Below, one piece after another: positions 10,240 to 19,899 of a DNA stretch of 64,000 bases. The stretch lies in the IMG/VR virus record IMGVR_UViG_3300027509_000014; one strand, written 5' to 3'. Below the pieces are notes generated by a model that saw only the letters and a list, made by a program, of their open reading frames with translations, did not search any database and was not told the origin of the DNA. Within the stretch, counting starts at the first letter, position 1. The number at the start of each line of letters is the position of its first letter. The stretch comes from a virus. Both the position numbers and the translations under genes were made by a program.

Positions 10240-10311
10240 ACTTGTATTGTACTTGTATCATACTTGTATCATACTTGTAGTACTATTATTTGGACTTGTA
10301 CCACACTTGTA
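10240..10311. repeat. six ACTTGTA cores at 11-bp period
   Basis: Cores at 10240, 10251, 10262, 10273, 10294 and 10305. Confidence 0.9.
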
Positions 10312-10619
10312 GTACAAGAAATTTAACGCGCGCGCTAGCCAAAATTTTTTACTCTTTGTACGATATGCGCAAGATTATTCTAAATTTGGCTTGATTTAGC
10401 GGTTTTTCTGCAGAGGCATTGTTGTGATGTTGTTGGATGGGGTTGGCCCCCACATGTAAACTTTCTTTTATATTTGTCTGTAATTTCGTTTTTATACTAA
10501 ATTCCTGGAAGAATCTTCTAATGTTTGTAAGAAATACGCAAGTATAATCTAATATTTAGCTTTTCAATATTTCTGTGCGTTGTAAAGTATTTGGTTTTAC
10601 TTTTTTCTGTGGGTAGATT

Positions 10620-11382
10620 TCGATTTTTCTGAGTGGATTTCAATTTTTCTGACATTTCTGGTGGATTTTCACTTTTCTGAGTGGATTTCAATATTTCTGG
10701 GAGTGTTTTTGGCTTTCTGTGCGGCTCCTTTGCGGTTTTGCAGCGGTCTGACCTGCTTCCTTGCAGTATTTGGACGTAGCTACAGTATAAATCCCTGCTT
10801 GGGTAGTCAATAATTAAATCTTTACACTTTCGGCGTCTGATTTGAGCAGCTTGAGTCGCCGCAGGCGTCATATTGTGTATTATGGGTGGCGCAAATTGTG
10901 TATTGTGGTCAAAAAGACCAACGCCGCCCCGAAATGGAGCGGCGTGTCCGAGCTGCAACACTATTATTGAGACGAGCTTTCTAACCGTCTGCTTTTAGTG
11001 TCTTGACCCCTAGGTCTTTGTATCAAGTGCGGAGCTATCATGGCCCACCCTTGGCCTGCTGGTCAAGCCTTTTGGACATGATTGCTCTAGCTTAGGCTCG
11101 ACTTCGCCCAATCCGCCCGACGCCAGCCCAATTTGTAATATATATTTTACTTTTTGCCATTTGCATATATGTATTTTTGCTTTTATCTGCGCCACAATAT
11201 ATATTTATATATATTTTGTCTTTTCCATCTGCCCCATATAGGCGATGCTAAGAGGCCACCAGAGGCTGAGAATGTAATCTCAGAAATGAGAATGTAATCT
11301 TAGAAATGAGAATGTAATCTCAGAAATGAGACAAAATTATCAAAAGTGATACAGGAGTAAGCCGCCTGAGACCAAAGTCCCA
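10620..11382 (+). other. tripartite element copy 1 (TTTCTG box - 526 bp - CCATCTGCC box - palindrome array)
   Basis: Last ATTTCTG ends 10699; CCATCTG at 11225; TGAGA/TGATA at 11267, 11287, 11307, 11327, 11347, 11367. Confidence 0.75.
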
Positions 11383-11828
11383 GACGGCCAGGCAACACCT
11401 ACATGACTGCCCCACCAATATAGCCTCACTTCACCCCAAAAGCAACCTCAATCTCAGATTTCTTTTTCTTTTGGCGGGTTGCTTTCCACCTTTGGCACCG
11501 CTAGGGTTCTTCCTCGGCGGGGCTGGTCTCCTTCTCCTTGGCCAGTCCCGCTTTCTATTTTCCGGTAACCATCATCCAGGCCACTGTCGCCTGCTCGGCG
11601 TCAGGGAATGTCTGATCGAACGCATGTTCCCCACCCCACCAGATCCGATTGGCTTCGGTGTCGAACCTTGCCAGTGTGTTGTTTGCGGAAACTTTCTCAG
11701 TTCTAATCATTTTGTTTCTCCTTGGTGCCTTCGGTTGTTTGATGTGTTGGTTTGTCAGCGCCGCCGCTCTGTGTCTTTATTCTATCTGTATCGTTAAGGT
11801 TCGTCAACCTGTTTTACAGATTCTTTTA

Positions 11829-12113
11829 TCAATCTTCGCCCTTGTTTGAATCTTCCCACCCCTGCCAGGTTATTTCGCTGAACTGCTCATCGTTGATTTT
11901 GTACTCGGGGTTATCTTGCAGAATCTGCAAAAGTCCCTCGCTGGGCGACCATAGACCCTGCCCGCCACGATTGATGTCTGCGGTCAGCCAGCTTGTCAGC
12001 AGCGCTACCTGATCCGAGCTAGCTGCAATAGGCCCAGTGGCTGCGCCGATTTCGTTACTGATGTTGACTGCCTCCATCATCTCTATGTCTACGTCGTTTG
12101 GTATTCCGTACAT
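11829..12113 (-). CDS. hypothetical acidic protein
   Basis: AAAGGGAGA SD before ATG 12113 (MYGIPND...). Confidence 0.7.
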   Translation of the reverse strand: MYGIPNDVDIEMMEAVNISNEIGAATGPIAASSDQVALLTSWLTADINRGGQGLWSPSEGLLQILQDNPEYKINDEQFSEITWQGWEDSNKGED

Positions 12114-12419
12114 TGTTTTCTCCCTTTGTTTGCCTTGCGGCCTTATTGATATCGTTAGTGTATCACGGACCCATAGTAATGTCCAACGATTTATAGATAA
12201 AATCCGAGAACCCTGCCTACTTATTTTAGGGCGCGTCTGGCGCACCCCTCGCCCCGTGGCCTCGTCACTGACTACTGTATCTGGTTGCGTTGAGGTTTGC
12301 AACCTGTTTATGATATCAGATAGATATATCACGGAACACATAATAGCGAGCAGAACCGGTTCTCTGCCCTTGCGGTCTACAGGTCTCTACCGAAGTACTC
12401 GTTTCGATTGTGATTACAT

Positions 12420-12520
12420 CCTACCGGGTTGCCTCGCAAGAAATAACCCGGTAGGGAAATAACCCGGTAGGGAAATAACCCGGTAGGGAAATAACCCGGT
12501 AGGGAAATAACCCGGTAGGA
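12420..12520. repeat. 5 x 16-bp direct repeat AAATAACCCGGTAGGG plus one inverted partial copy
   Basis: Units start at 12441, 12457, 12473, 12489 and 12505; CCTACCGGGTT at 12420-12430. Confidence 0.95.
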
Positions 12521-12839
12521 AAGAATTTATTGAGCTTCCAGCAGGATCTTTCCGCCTTCTTGCAGAGTCAGTCTCAAGTATGAGAGGAAAATCTCAATTC
12601 CGTAGGCTTCCTCTGATGGATTTGGTTCGCTTGCTAACCATTGGATTTGGTTATCGAGTTCGTGTAGGTCTATATATTGTTTTGCCATGTCGTCACCTTA
12701 TCGGTATCATTAGCTAAACGACAACCCGAGCGCCAAGAAAATATAAAAAACATTCTTTCCTGCTAATGGTTGCCTTATTGGTACAGCTATGTATATACTG
12801 GCTACACATTCATGCAACTACTAAATTGGGAGAACGGGA

Positions 12840-13157
12840 ATGGAATTTAAACTATCAAAGATCTTGCGTGGCGCTATCTACCAAATTAAGCGCAAAGGCC
12901 ATAATAAGGGAGAAGTTTTTGACCCCTCAACGGGGGCCTTTTGTGCTCTGGGTCCCATTGAGCAATCGAACGAAGAACTTGGGGATTCTCGCACACACAC
13001 CTTTGTTGCTGCTTGCAATGAAATGATGGCAGACATACGCCGCTTAACTGATTTCAATTGCGTTTCTGCTTTCAACGATGCCGAAGAAACCACTCGTACT
13101 GACGTGCTCCGCATGATGGGTACTACGGCGCGACGCCTAGAGAAGGAAGGCCGATAA
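12840..13157 (+). CDS. DUF6197-like small protein (paralog 1)
   Basis: LRGAI..IK..G....G..C..G...FND...TRTDVL pattern. Confidence 0.7.
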   Translation: MEFKLSKILRGAIYQIKRKGHNKGEVFDPSTGAFCALGPIEQSNEELGDSRTHTFVAACNEMMADIRRLTDFNCVSAFNDAEETTRTDVLRMMGTTARRLEKEGR

Positions 13158-13159
13158 CG

Positions 13160-13573
13160 ATGGGTCAAGCAAAGACACAGAAAGTAAAAAACTGGTTTAA
13201 CGGCCTCAGTGCTGAAAACCAAGAGATAATCAAGAACGCCCCGAGTCCAAAACGTATCGCCAGACGCGTCATTGCGGCCTACAAAAAAGGTCGTTTCAAT
13301 ATGGCATATTGGGTCAACCACGACCAGCATGGATGCACCACGGCAATGTGTTTGTCTGGCTGGGCTATGCATATGGCTGGACTTGAATCAAGAGTGAATG
13401 TTGGCGATATCGGTCAATTCTTTTTCCCTGACGGCACTTTGGTCGCCAGCGAAGAAGCTGGCTCCTACTTGTTGTCGCTTGGCGTAGACGATGACGGTAA
13501 ACCTGAGTCCGATATCTTTTACGCAACCGAGCGCAAGGCTCTGGATTTCATCAAGAAGCGTTGGAATCTGTAG
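13160..13573 (+). CDS. hypothetical protein
   Basis: ORF; CTTAMCLSGWA motif. Confidence 0.7.
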   Translation: MGQAKTQKVKNWFNGLSAENQEIIKNAPSPKRIARRVIAAYKKGRFNMAYWVNHDQHGCTTAMCLSGWAMHMAGLESRVNVGDIGQFFFPDGTLVASEEAGSYLLSLGVDDDGKPESDIFYATERKALDFIKKRWNL

Positions 13574-13575
13574 CC

Positions 13576-13755
13576 ATGCACAACCCAGTTTATGTGCGCA
13601 AAATGCGCAGCCTTATTGCAGAAACGCAGTCGGCTTGGAAGCGTGTTGAAGCAATGGCCAATAGCAACACGCTTACGCAAAGTGATATAGACAAATGGTC
13701 CAATACCCGAGCTAAAGTGGCGGATTTCGCTATATGGATGTATCTCGAAGAATGA
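13576..13755 (+). CDS. hypothetical protein
   Basis: ATG 2 nt after previous stop. Confidence 0.55.
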   Translation: MHNPVYVRKMRSLIAETQSAWKRVEAMANSNTLTQSDIDKWSNTRAKVADFAIWMYLEE

Positions 13756-13970
13756 TATTTGTTCCCCCTTCGGGGTTGCAACACCTTAGCTAAACCGATA
13801 CACTGTAAGCACACCAAACAAAGGAGAAAACACATGGGTGATCCGAAGGATCAGGTGACAGACCTAATGCAGGTGCTGTTCGACAGTGTCGAAGCCGCTA
13901 GGGCCGAGCGTAAGCGGCGACGCTTGGGCGACGAACAAGACAGAGCCGAGATCATGGAGATGTTTGAGTA

Positions 13971-14516
13971 ATGAGCAACTACGTACTGACGGACGGAACC
14001 AATTTCATAGACCGAGACGGTGGCTCAGGCGGCTATCCGTATGAAGTATCCCAATTGACGTGGGCCGCAATGTGGTCCAGCACGACTGCGGCAGAGGCAT
14101 ATCTTAAAATCATGATGAAATCAAGTGCTGCTAAAGAAAAGCTGGCAGGCTTCAAAATAGCCGAAATTGGGATTATCAATATCATTGATCCCGATCTTCC
14201 AACCAGCTCAGAAATTGAAGTCATGGAACGAGAAGTTGCCGACGAACTGATTGCTAACCCCACCATCACGGCGTTTTTTGTGGACTCTGATGGGATTGTG
14301 GATCACTTGGGTTTGTCTTCTTGCTGTGATAATGAAATAGTTATGGCAAATCAACCTGCAACGCATCCAGGGGTTGCTATCTATGTCGATGAGAAACAAG
14401 GTCTGGGTAAAGGCGAAGTAACCGTATGGGGATTTTGGTCGCAACATGATGGAGAAGACACTTTCGAGGCCGAGGGTAACGGTATAACTGTGCCGGTAAT
14501 CTTTGAGCTTGGCTAA
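13971..14516 (+). CDS. hypothetical protein
   Basis: ORF abutting the previous gene. Confidence 0.65.
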   Translation: MSNYVLTDGTNFIDRDGGSGGYPYEVSQLTWAAMWSSTTAAEAYLKIMMKSSAAKEKLAGFKIAEIGIINIIDPDLPTSSEIEVMEREVADELIANPTITAFFVDSDGIVDHLGLSSCCDNEIVMANQPATHPGVAIYVDEKQGLGKGEVTVWGFWSQHDGEDTFEAEGNGITVPVIFELG

Positions 14517-14593
14517 AAGATTACCCTCTTGAGGTTGCCATACCTTAGCCAAACAGATATAGTGCAAGCACGCCACACAAATAGGAGAAACAA

Positions 14594-15004
14594 ATGACTA
14601 AGCCAGAAATCACCGAAGAGCAGTGGACTCAAATTGACGAAATCATTCAGGCGTCCATCGAGCACGAAAACCCTTACCACGGCGGAGCGACCCGCATCTT
14701 TGTGCTTGGCGAACTGCTCAAACTATTTCCGGCATCGGAAGGCTACAGCCTGATTTACGGCTCCTCTGACGATCTGATCTACTCAGATGGCGCAGTGAGA
14801 GTTGAGCATGACTTCTTCGGCGCTAAAGGTGTACTAATTGAATTTGGTGACACCATCATGAGTTGCACTTTCACCGATGAAGGCAATTGGACTTTTGCTC
14901 CCAAAGTTGGTGAAGCTCAGCTCTTGCTAACTCCGGACCAATTTCCCAGAAAGTGTGGTGGGCAACCAGTAATGTACACCGAGATTTGGCTGATCCAGTC
15001 GTGA
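14594..15004 (+). CDS. hypothetical protein
   Basis: TTGCCA-N17-TATAGT promoter and AGGAGA SD. Confidence 0.75.
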   Translation: MTKPEITEEQWTQIDEIIQASIEHENPYHGGATRIFVLGELLKLFPASEGYSLIYGSSDDLIYSDGAVRVEHDFFGAKGVLIEFGDTIMSCTFTDEGNWTFAPKVGEAQLLLTPDQFPRKCGGQPVMYTEIWLIQS

Positions 15005-15155
15005 CCAAAGTAGCGGCGATACTCTATGAGTGTCCAGATGACAGCGCCCCACTTGAAAGGCTCGGGCCAAAAGAAATCGTTTGGCGTTGCAAAGAATGCA
15101 ACCGCTGCTATACTGTCGATGACCAGCCAAAGAAAACAAAAGGGAGAAAGAAGAA

Positions 15156-15485
15156 ATGAGCCAGACTACAAGAAAGATCACCAAGACATCCCAAGTGTTG
15201 CGTGGTGCAATTGAAATGATTAAGCGCCATGGGTACTGTAAGGGCCAAATGTTAGCCAACGATGGTTCGATGTGCGGTTATGGCGCTATGAGTTTCTATA
15301 TGCATGCTCAAAAATTTGATAGAGATCTCTTTTTTGATGCAGAGTCAGAGATGACCAAAGACATACACCGCTTAACTGATTTCAATTACATTTCCGCTTT
15401 CAACGATGCCGGAGAAACCACTCGTACTGACGTGCTCCGCATGATGGGTACTACGGCGAGACGCCTAGAGAAGGAAGGCCGATAA
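15156..15485 (+). CDS. DUF6197-like small protein (paralog 2)
   Basis: Last 127 bp differ from 12840-13157 at 6 positions. Confidence 0.75.
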   Translation: MSQTTRKITKTSQVLRGAIEMIKRHGYCKGQMLANDGSMCGYGAMSFYMHAQKFDRDLFFDAESEMTKDIHRLTDFNYISAFNDAGETTRTDVLRMMGTTARRLEKEGR

Positions 15486-16216
15486 TGACAGACTCAAACA
15501 ACGCCGGGCACTTGAACGTTGGGGACCACAACGCCGGGGACCACAACGCCGGGGACTACAACGCCGGGCACTACAACGCCGGGCACTACAACGCAGGGGA
15601 CCGCAACGCAGGGAGCCGCAACACCGGGCACTTCAACACCGGGCACTACAACGCCGGGAGCAGCAACGCAGAACACAGCAACACCGGGAGCAGCAACGCA
15701 GGACACAGCAACACTGGGCACTGCAACATCGGGCACCGCAACACCGGAAGCTACAACACCGGGAACTACAACGCCGGAAGCTACAACGCCGGGGACCATA
15801 ACATTGGATATTTCATGACCGGTAAAAACACCTCAATGGTGCCGGTGTTCAACAATTCGGCCATGGTCGACCGCAATGAATTCATTGACGCTTTGCCCGT
15901 CTGGATCGACAGTATTGGTTCAGGAACTGAGTGGGTGGAGGCGGAAGAAATGACTGACCAAGAAAAGCTATCTCATGCCGATTACAAAACGACTGGTGGG
16001 TTCTTGCGTGTAGTGTCTTTGCCGGAAGCGTTTGCCAAAGCCTGGGCCGAAGATGAAGCCCAAGACGTAGGACTAGTTGAGGCTCTGCCTGGTTTTGATC
16101 GTGATGTATGGCTAGAAATTACTGAGCTTGATCTGTGGTCTGACGCCGAACCGCCCTGCCGTCCATCAGAAGTAGTGATCGATGGCGTACGCTATGTGAA
16201 GGCTAAGGACCAATGA
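15485..16216 (+). CDS. N-(A/T)-G-x-x pentapeptide-repeat protein with conserved C-terminal domain
   Basis: 21 NxGxx units, then MTDQEK...DYKTTGGFL...LPGFD...EITEL domain. Confidence 0.85.
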   Translation: MTDSNNAGHLNVGDHNAGDHNAGDYNAGHYNAGHYNAGDRNAGSRNTGHFNTGHYNAGSSNAEHSNTGSSNAGHSNTGHCNIGHRNTGSYNTGNYNAGSYNAGDHNIGYFMTGKNTSMVPVFNNSAMVDRNEFIDALPVWIDSIGSGTEWVEAEEMTDQEKLSHADYKTTGGFLRVVSLPEAFAKAWAEDEAQDVGLVEALPGFDRDVWLEITELDLWSDAEPPCRPSEVVIDGVRYVKAKDQ

Positions 16217-16395
16217 CGATAACAGTTATTCTTTACATACTGGGTATGTGGCCCATGATGCATCTTATGACCGAAGAAGCCTACAGATTTTGGCTTTCGG
16301 TCGTGATGGTAGTTATTTGGCCAGTCACAGTGACTCTCTCTGTGGTTCTTGCCTTTCATGCACGGATCTTCTACGACAGAAAGTTTTTCACATAG
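16213..16395 (+). CDS. small membrane protein
   Basis: Two hydrophobic helices. Confidence 0.6.
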   Translation: MTITVILYILGMWPMMHLMTEEAYRFWLSVVMVVIWPVTVTLSVVLAFHARIFYDRKFFT

Positions 16396-16479
16396 AGGTT
16401 GTGTTAAGCTATTCATACCGCTAAGATGTCCATATCGAGCTAGCCAAGTTGGCCAGCCCAACAAATAGGAGATATACAC

Positions 16480-17499
16480 ATGTCATACACCACCGAACTC
16501 GACAAGATCGTCCAAATAACTGACGGTTCTGTCTGGTCTGCCCCTAAGGGTACGCCAAGCCAATCTGTCATCACTGTCGAAGACGTCAGCCGAGTCTTTG
16601 ATTTCGACCTGGTGCAGGTTGAGACCCAAACGGTTCCGTTCGTCCACACGAACAACGATCTAATTGACCGCCTCGACGTCCCCAAGAAGCTCGCTATTGC
16701 TCGGGTTGGCGGAACGCTTCAAGATGGTTCCCCATCGCCAGCTACGGTGCTGAGCACCATGGGCAAGAGCTACAACATCAACCACTACAACCAGTACTTC
16801 CCTGATCTCGCTGAGATCCTGATCGGCCTTGGTTGTCGCATCGTGTTTGCTGGCACCTTGGGTGGTGGCGAACGTGCCTACATGTCAGTATCGCTTCCTG
16901 GCGACGGTTCAGAGCTGTGCCTGCCCGGTGCCGAAAAGGGCCGTACGCTGATCCATATTGGCGAAAGCGTCAACGGTTCAACTTCCTCGCGCTGCTCGCT
17001 GAACTTCGAGCGCCTCCGTTGCATGAACGCTATCAACAGCTCGTTGATGGGACTGAATGCAGTGTGGGCCATCCCTCACACCTCCGGCGCAACCAAGCGT
17101 CTGGCTGAGGCTGAGGCCATGCTGACCAATGCAATTTCTGAGGCCAACCTGATTCATCACACGATTGAGCGTCTTGCAAACGCCGACTTTTTTGAAGCTG
17201 ACTTTGCCAAGCTGGTCAAGTCTGTCATGAAAGACCGCCCCGGTCCAGCCGAAGAGGAGAATCGCAAGCGTGCGGCTTGGGACTCTAAGTTCGACGGTAT
17301 CATGAGCCGCTACCACGCCGACGACATTGACGGCGTGCGTGATACCAAGTGGGGCGCATTCAACGCCCTGCAAGGCTACAGCCAGCACGTGCGTGGCACT
17401 CGTGGCGGAGATCGGTTTAGCCGTTCGGTCAACGAAACTGTGTTCGGCGGCGAAGACCCATTCCTGGCCAAGGCAGCCAAGGAGCTGATCCTGGCATAA
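16480..17499 (+). CDS. DUF932/TIGR03299-like phage/plasmid protein
   Basis: AGTLGGGERAYM, ESVNGSTS...ERLRCMNA, IPHTSG, TKWGAFNAL. Confidence 0.85.
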   Translation: MSYTTELDKIVQITDGSVWSAPKGTPSQSVITVEDVSRVFDFDLVQVETQTVPFVHTNNDLIDRLDVPKKLAIARVGGTLQDGSPSPATVLSTMGKSYNINHYNQYFPDLAEILIGLGCRIVFAGTLGGGERAYMSVSLPGDGSELCLPGAEKGRTLIHIGESVNGSTSSRCSLNFERLRCMNAINSSLMGLNAVWAIPHTSGATKRLAEAEAMLTNAISEANLIHHTIERLANADFFEADFAKLVKSVMKDRPGPAEEENRKRAAWDSKFDGIMSRYHADDIDGVRDTKWGAFNALQGYSQHVRGTRGGDRFSRSVNETVFGGEDPFLAKAAKELILA

Positions 17500-17502
17500 G
17501 AG

Positions 17503-17690
17503 CTAAGATAACTCCTATCTGTTCTGTTAGGTCATAAGGGTGACACGATAAGTGCCTGGAAGCCAGTACGGAGAAACGATAGGGGTAACAGCAGCCCGCA
17601 AGGGCCGCTACCCGCAAGGGTAGTGAACCAGAAGAAGCGATGGCGACTGATGAGGATCGGCCATTGCTTCTTCGCTTTTTCTTCTTTCCG
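17503..17690 (+). ncRNA. candidate structured intergenic RNA ending in a 14-bp terminator hairpin
   Basis: Two GCAA-tetraloop hairpins, crossed complementary segments, GAAGAAGCGATGGC/GCCATTGCTTCTTC stem plus U-tract. Confidence 0.4.
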
Positions 17691-17766
17691 GGGTTGCAAA
17701 CCATATCGTTAAGGTGTAGGATTGTATTTGTTGAGGGAGAGACCCGAGACGGAAAGCACACACACA

Positions 17767-17961
17767 ATGTACAGCAACCGAGATATGAAGGCAATCAAGT
17801 CCGCAGCACGAACTGCTCGCCTGGCTGTGACCGCAGGTGACTTTGGTCGCCGCAACGCAGGTGGCGCTAGTGGCTTCGCTGATCGCCACGACGCAATCAA
17901 CGCCCGTACCCCTAAGCACCGCGGTGCTGGTGGGTCCCACTGGCTCGCTGAGTGGGAATAG
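17767..17961 (+). CDS. small basic protein
   Basis: Downstream of TTGCAA-N17-TAGGAT promoter. Confidence 0.65.
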   Translation: MYSNRDMKAIKSAARTARLAVTAGDFGRRNAGGASGFADRHDAINARTPKHRGAGGSHWLAEWE

Positions 17962-17973
17962 AAAGGAAACAAA

Positions 17974-18192
17974 ATGACATACCCAGTTTACGACACCGAG
18001 AACGAGTACCCAGCTATGTTCGCATCGGCGGCTCTGGATGAGTATCTAGAAGAAGAATATCAGCACAATCTCGCTAGCGACGAGGCGAATTTCGCCCGTG
18101 CTGAGCTTGAGGCCGAGATGGCTGCCGAACGCTACTATGAGCATCAGCGTACGGTGCGGGACTTCAACAGCGATTACGGATATGGTTACTGA
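17974..18192 (+). CDS. small acidic protein
   Basis: AAGGA SD. Confidence 0.7.
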   Translation: MTYPVYDTENEYPAMFASAALDEYLEEEYQHNLASDEANFARAELEAEMAAERYYEHQRTVRDFNSDYGYGY

Positions 18193-18454
18193 TATGACCC
18201 ACAAAACGTCATACGGTAAATTCAGCGGCGGCAAACTGGATGGACAGCGCTGGGGGCTACAAAATTACGGCTACGCTCCTGAGTCAATTTGCATTTGGGG
18301 GCAAACGTACGTTCGCGGTAGCCGAATTGGAACAACATCTTATTGGAATTACCAATTAGAAATGTGATAAATAAGGGCAAGAGGTTGCGACAGCAGCCTT
18401 GTGCCGATAGAGTGTAGTCACACGCAAGCAACCAAACCAGGGAGAAGTGCAGTA

Positions 18455-18718
18455 ATGGAAACCTATTTTGAGATCTGGTACGAAAGGGTCGACACCGATG
18501 GCAACAAGACCACTGTCGGCTCTGAAGGCATGGTAGATTTGCAACGGAGCGCTGACCGCAAACTGGTTGCCGATCTGGTTGATGAGTTGGCCCGCAACCG
18601 CAAGCCTTTTCTTAGCGGCTTTCTGGTCATTGGGCAAATTCCGCCAGAAAGCGAAAATGAAAATGCATCAGAATCAGTTGTTGAGTTTCTATTTCGAAAC
18701 CAATCCGATAGGATATAG
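18455..18718 (+). CDS. hypothetical protein
   Basis: TTGCGA-N17-TAGAGT promoter; GGGAGA SD. Confidence 0.65.
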   Translation: METYFEIWYERVDTDGNKTTVGSEGMVDLQRSADRKLVADLVDELARNRKPFLSGFLVIGQIPPESENENASESVVEFLFRNQSDRI

Positions 18719-18720
18719 AT

Positions 18721-19272
18721 ATGGAAATCAACATGACCAACCAAACGTTCGACATATCCATTCCGGTAGAGGGCACAAACGTGACTCTATCAGCTTCCGG
18801 TAGTGGTGATTTGGATTACGCAATAACCGTCTTGAAAGGACTGGCCACTGCCGCTAATAGCATTGGCGCAGAAAGCTTGACCCAACATGCTGATCGCATC
18901 GCAGCTATGTTTCCTGACTACAAAATTCCAGCGATCAAAGAGTTGCGCAATTTTATTGGTACTTCCAATCTGGGACTCAAGGAGGCCAAGGAGTTGATTG
19001 AAGATGCCCAAATGCGAGCACGCGTTTCCAAAACAGTAGACATTGATGAGGTTGCGATTAGAGCCAAAAGGGCCGGAGCCGACCGCATTATAGCCCGCTT
19101 TCCAGAGGATCAAAAGACTCACGCTGTTAGGGAAATGCGTAGCGCTTATTCAATGACCCTAAAACAAGCCAGAGATTTCATTTGGGAGGCTTACGGTCGA
19201 GCAGGCATTGAGGTTAAAGATTATCGAGATAATCGTCCTGAAACAGTAGACATTGATGAGGTTATGGGTTAA
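18721..19272 (+). CDS. protein with two ribosomal bL12 (L7/L12) C-terminal-like motifs
   Basis: KIPAIKELRNFIGTSNLGLKEAKELIE and KTHAVREMRSAYSMTLKQARDFIW. Confidence 0.65.
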   Translation: MEINMTNQTFDISIPVEGTNVTLSASGSGDLDYAITVLKGLATAANSIGAESLTQHADRIAAMFPDYKIPAIKELRNFIGTSNLGLKEAKELIEDAQMRARVSKTVDIDEVAIRAKRAGADRIIARFPEDQKTHAVREMRSAYSMTLKQARDFIWEAYGRAGIEVKDYRDNRPETVDIDEVMG

Positions 19273-19281
19273 GATAATCAT

Positions 19282-19509
19282 ATGACTACACACCGACTTC
19301 CAGAACAAAGAACTCGTGATATCTTCACCGGGGCGTATCTTGACAAGCGAGATAACAGCTTTGAAAAAGCTGAGGCTTATGCTTACGCTCTCGATTACAC
19401 CGACCGTCTTTGTGGCTCACACGAAGCGTGTCTAGTACACGCCAGCTTCTTTGGCACACTTGACGAGTACGACCTACCAACCAACGACCAGTTAGGATTT
19501 CTAGCATGA
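19282..19509 (+). CDS. hypothetical protein
   Basis: ORF in operon context. Confidence 0.6.
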   Translation: MTTHRLPEQRTRDIFTGAYLDKRDNSFEKAEAYAYALDYTDRLCGSHEACLVHASFFGTLDEYDLPTNDQLGFLA

Positions 19510-19823
19510 TGGAAGATAAAGAGGTTGATGATATCAAGAATATTATAAATGAAGTCCACTACACCGAGACGCCAGAGGATGCCCTGATTATCTTGGAACA
19601 TGCCAGAAGTGAGTTGACCGCCAACATCGACAGGCTAAGGGATTTGGCCGAAGCCAACAAAGTAAAAACGTTTCAGGTCATGATCACCAGAGAAGAAAGT
19701 TACCGCATGACCGTTGAAGCCAAAAACGAAGAAGAAGCCAAGGAATTAGCCGAAAGCGATTATGGCGATGACCATTCATTGGGCGGAGAAACTAAAGTAA
19801 TTTCGGCTTATCGGGTTGTGTAG
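19506..19823 (+). CDS. hypothetical protein
   Basis: C-terminal YRMTVEAKNEEEAKELA motif common in small phage proteins. Confidence 0.65.
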   Translation: MMEDKEVDDIKNIINEVHYTETPEDALIILEHARSELTANIDRLRDLAEANKVKTFQVMITREESYRMTVEAKNEEEAKELAESDYGDDHSLGGETKVISAYRVV

Positions 19824-19899
19824 CCTTAGCGAAACCGATATGCTGTAAGCACACCAGGCTGTGGGTACACCAACCCGAAGGCCCCAAGAGGAGAAACTC

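Noticed and set aside
10518-10961. 147-aa minus-strand ORF
   Set aside because: Its K/S/E-rich sequence derives from the box A DNA repeats and no clear RBS was seen; treated as probably non-coding.
12420-12520. CRISPR array
   Set aside because: Repeats are contiguous with no spacers and no cas genes; the TGAGA arrays likewise have only 4-6-nt variable parts.
13031-15485. DGR template/variable repeat pair in the DUF6197-like paralogs
   Set aside because: Mismatches include T/C and go in both directions, so they are not A-specific; no reverse transcriptase in the window.
15494-15818. V/P/G-rich and T/P/G-rich repeat ORFs, and similar shadow ORFs over the pentapeptide, capsid and tape measure genes
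   Set aside because: Alternative-frame or antisense shadows of repetitive real genes.
17570-17665. Hammerhead ribozyme suggested by CTGATGAG and GAAAC
   Set aside because: CTGATGA lies in the loop of a terminator-like stem and the required stem II G-C closure before GAAA is missing; a twister match is also incomplete.
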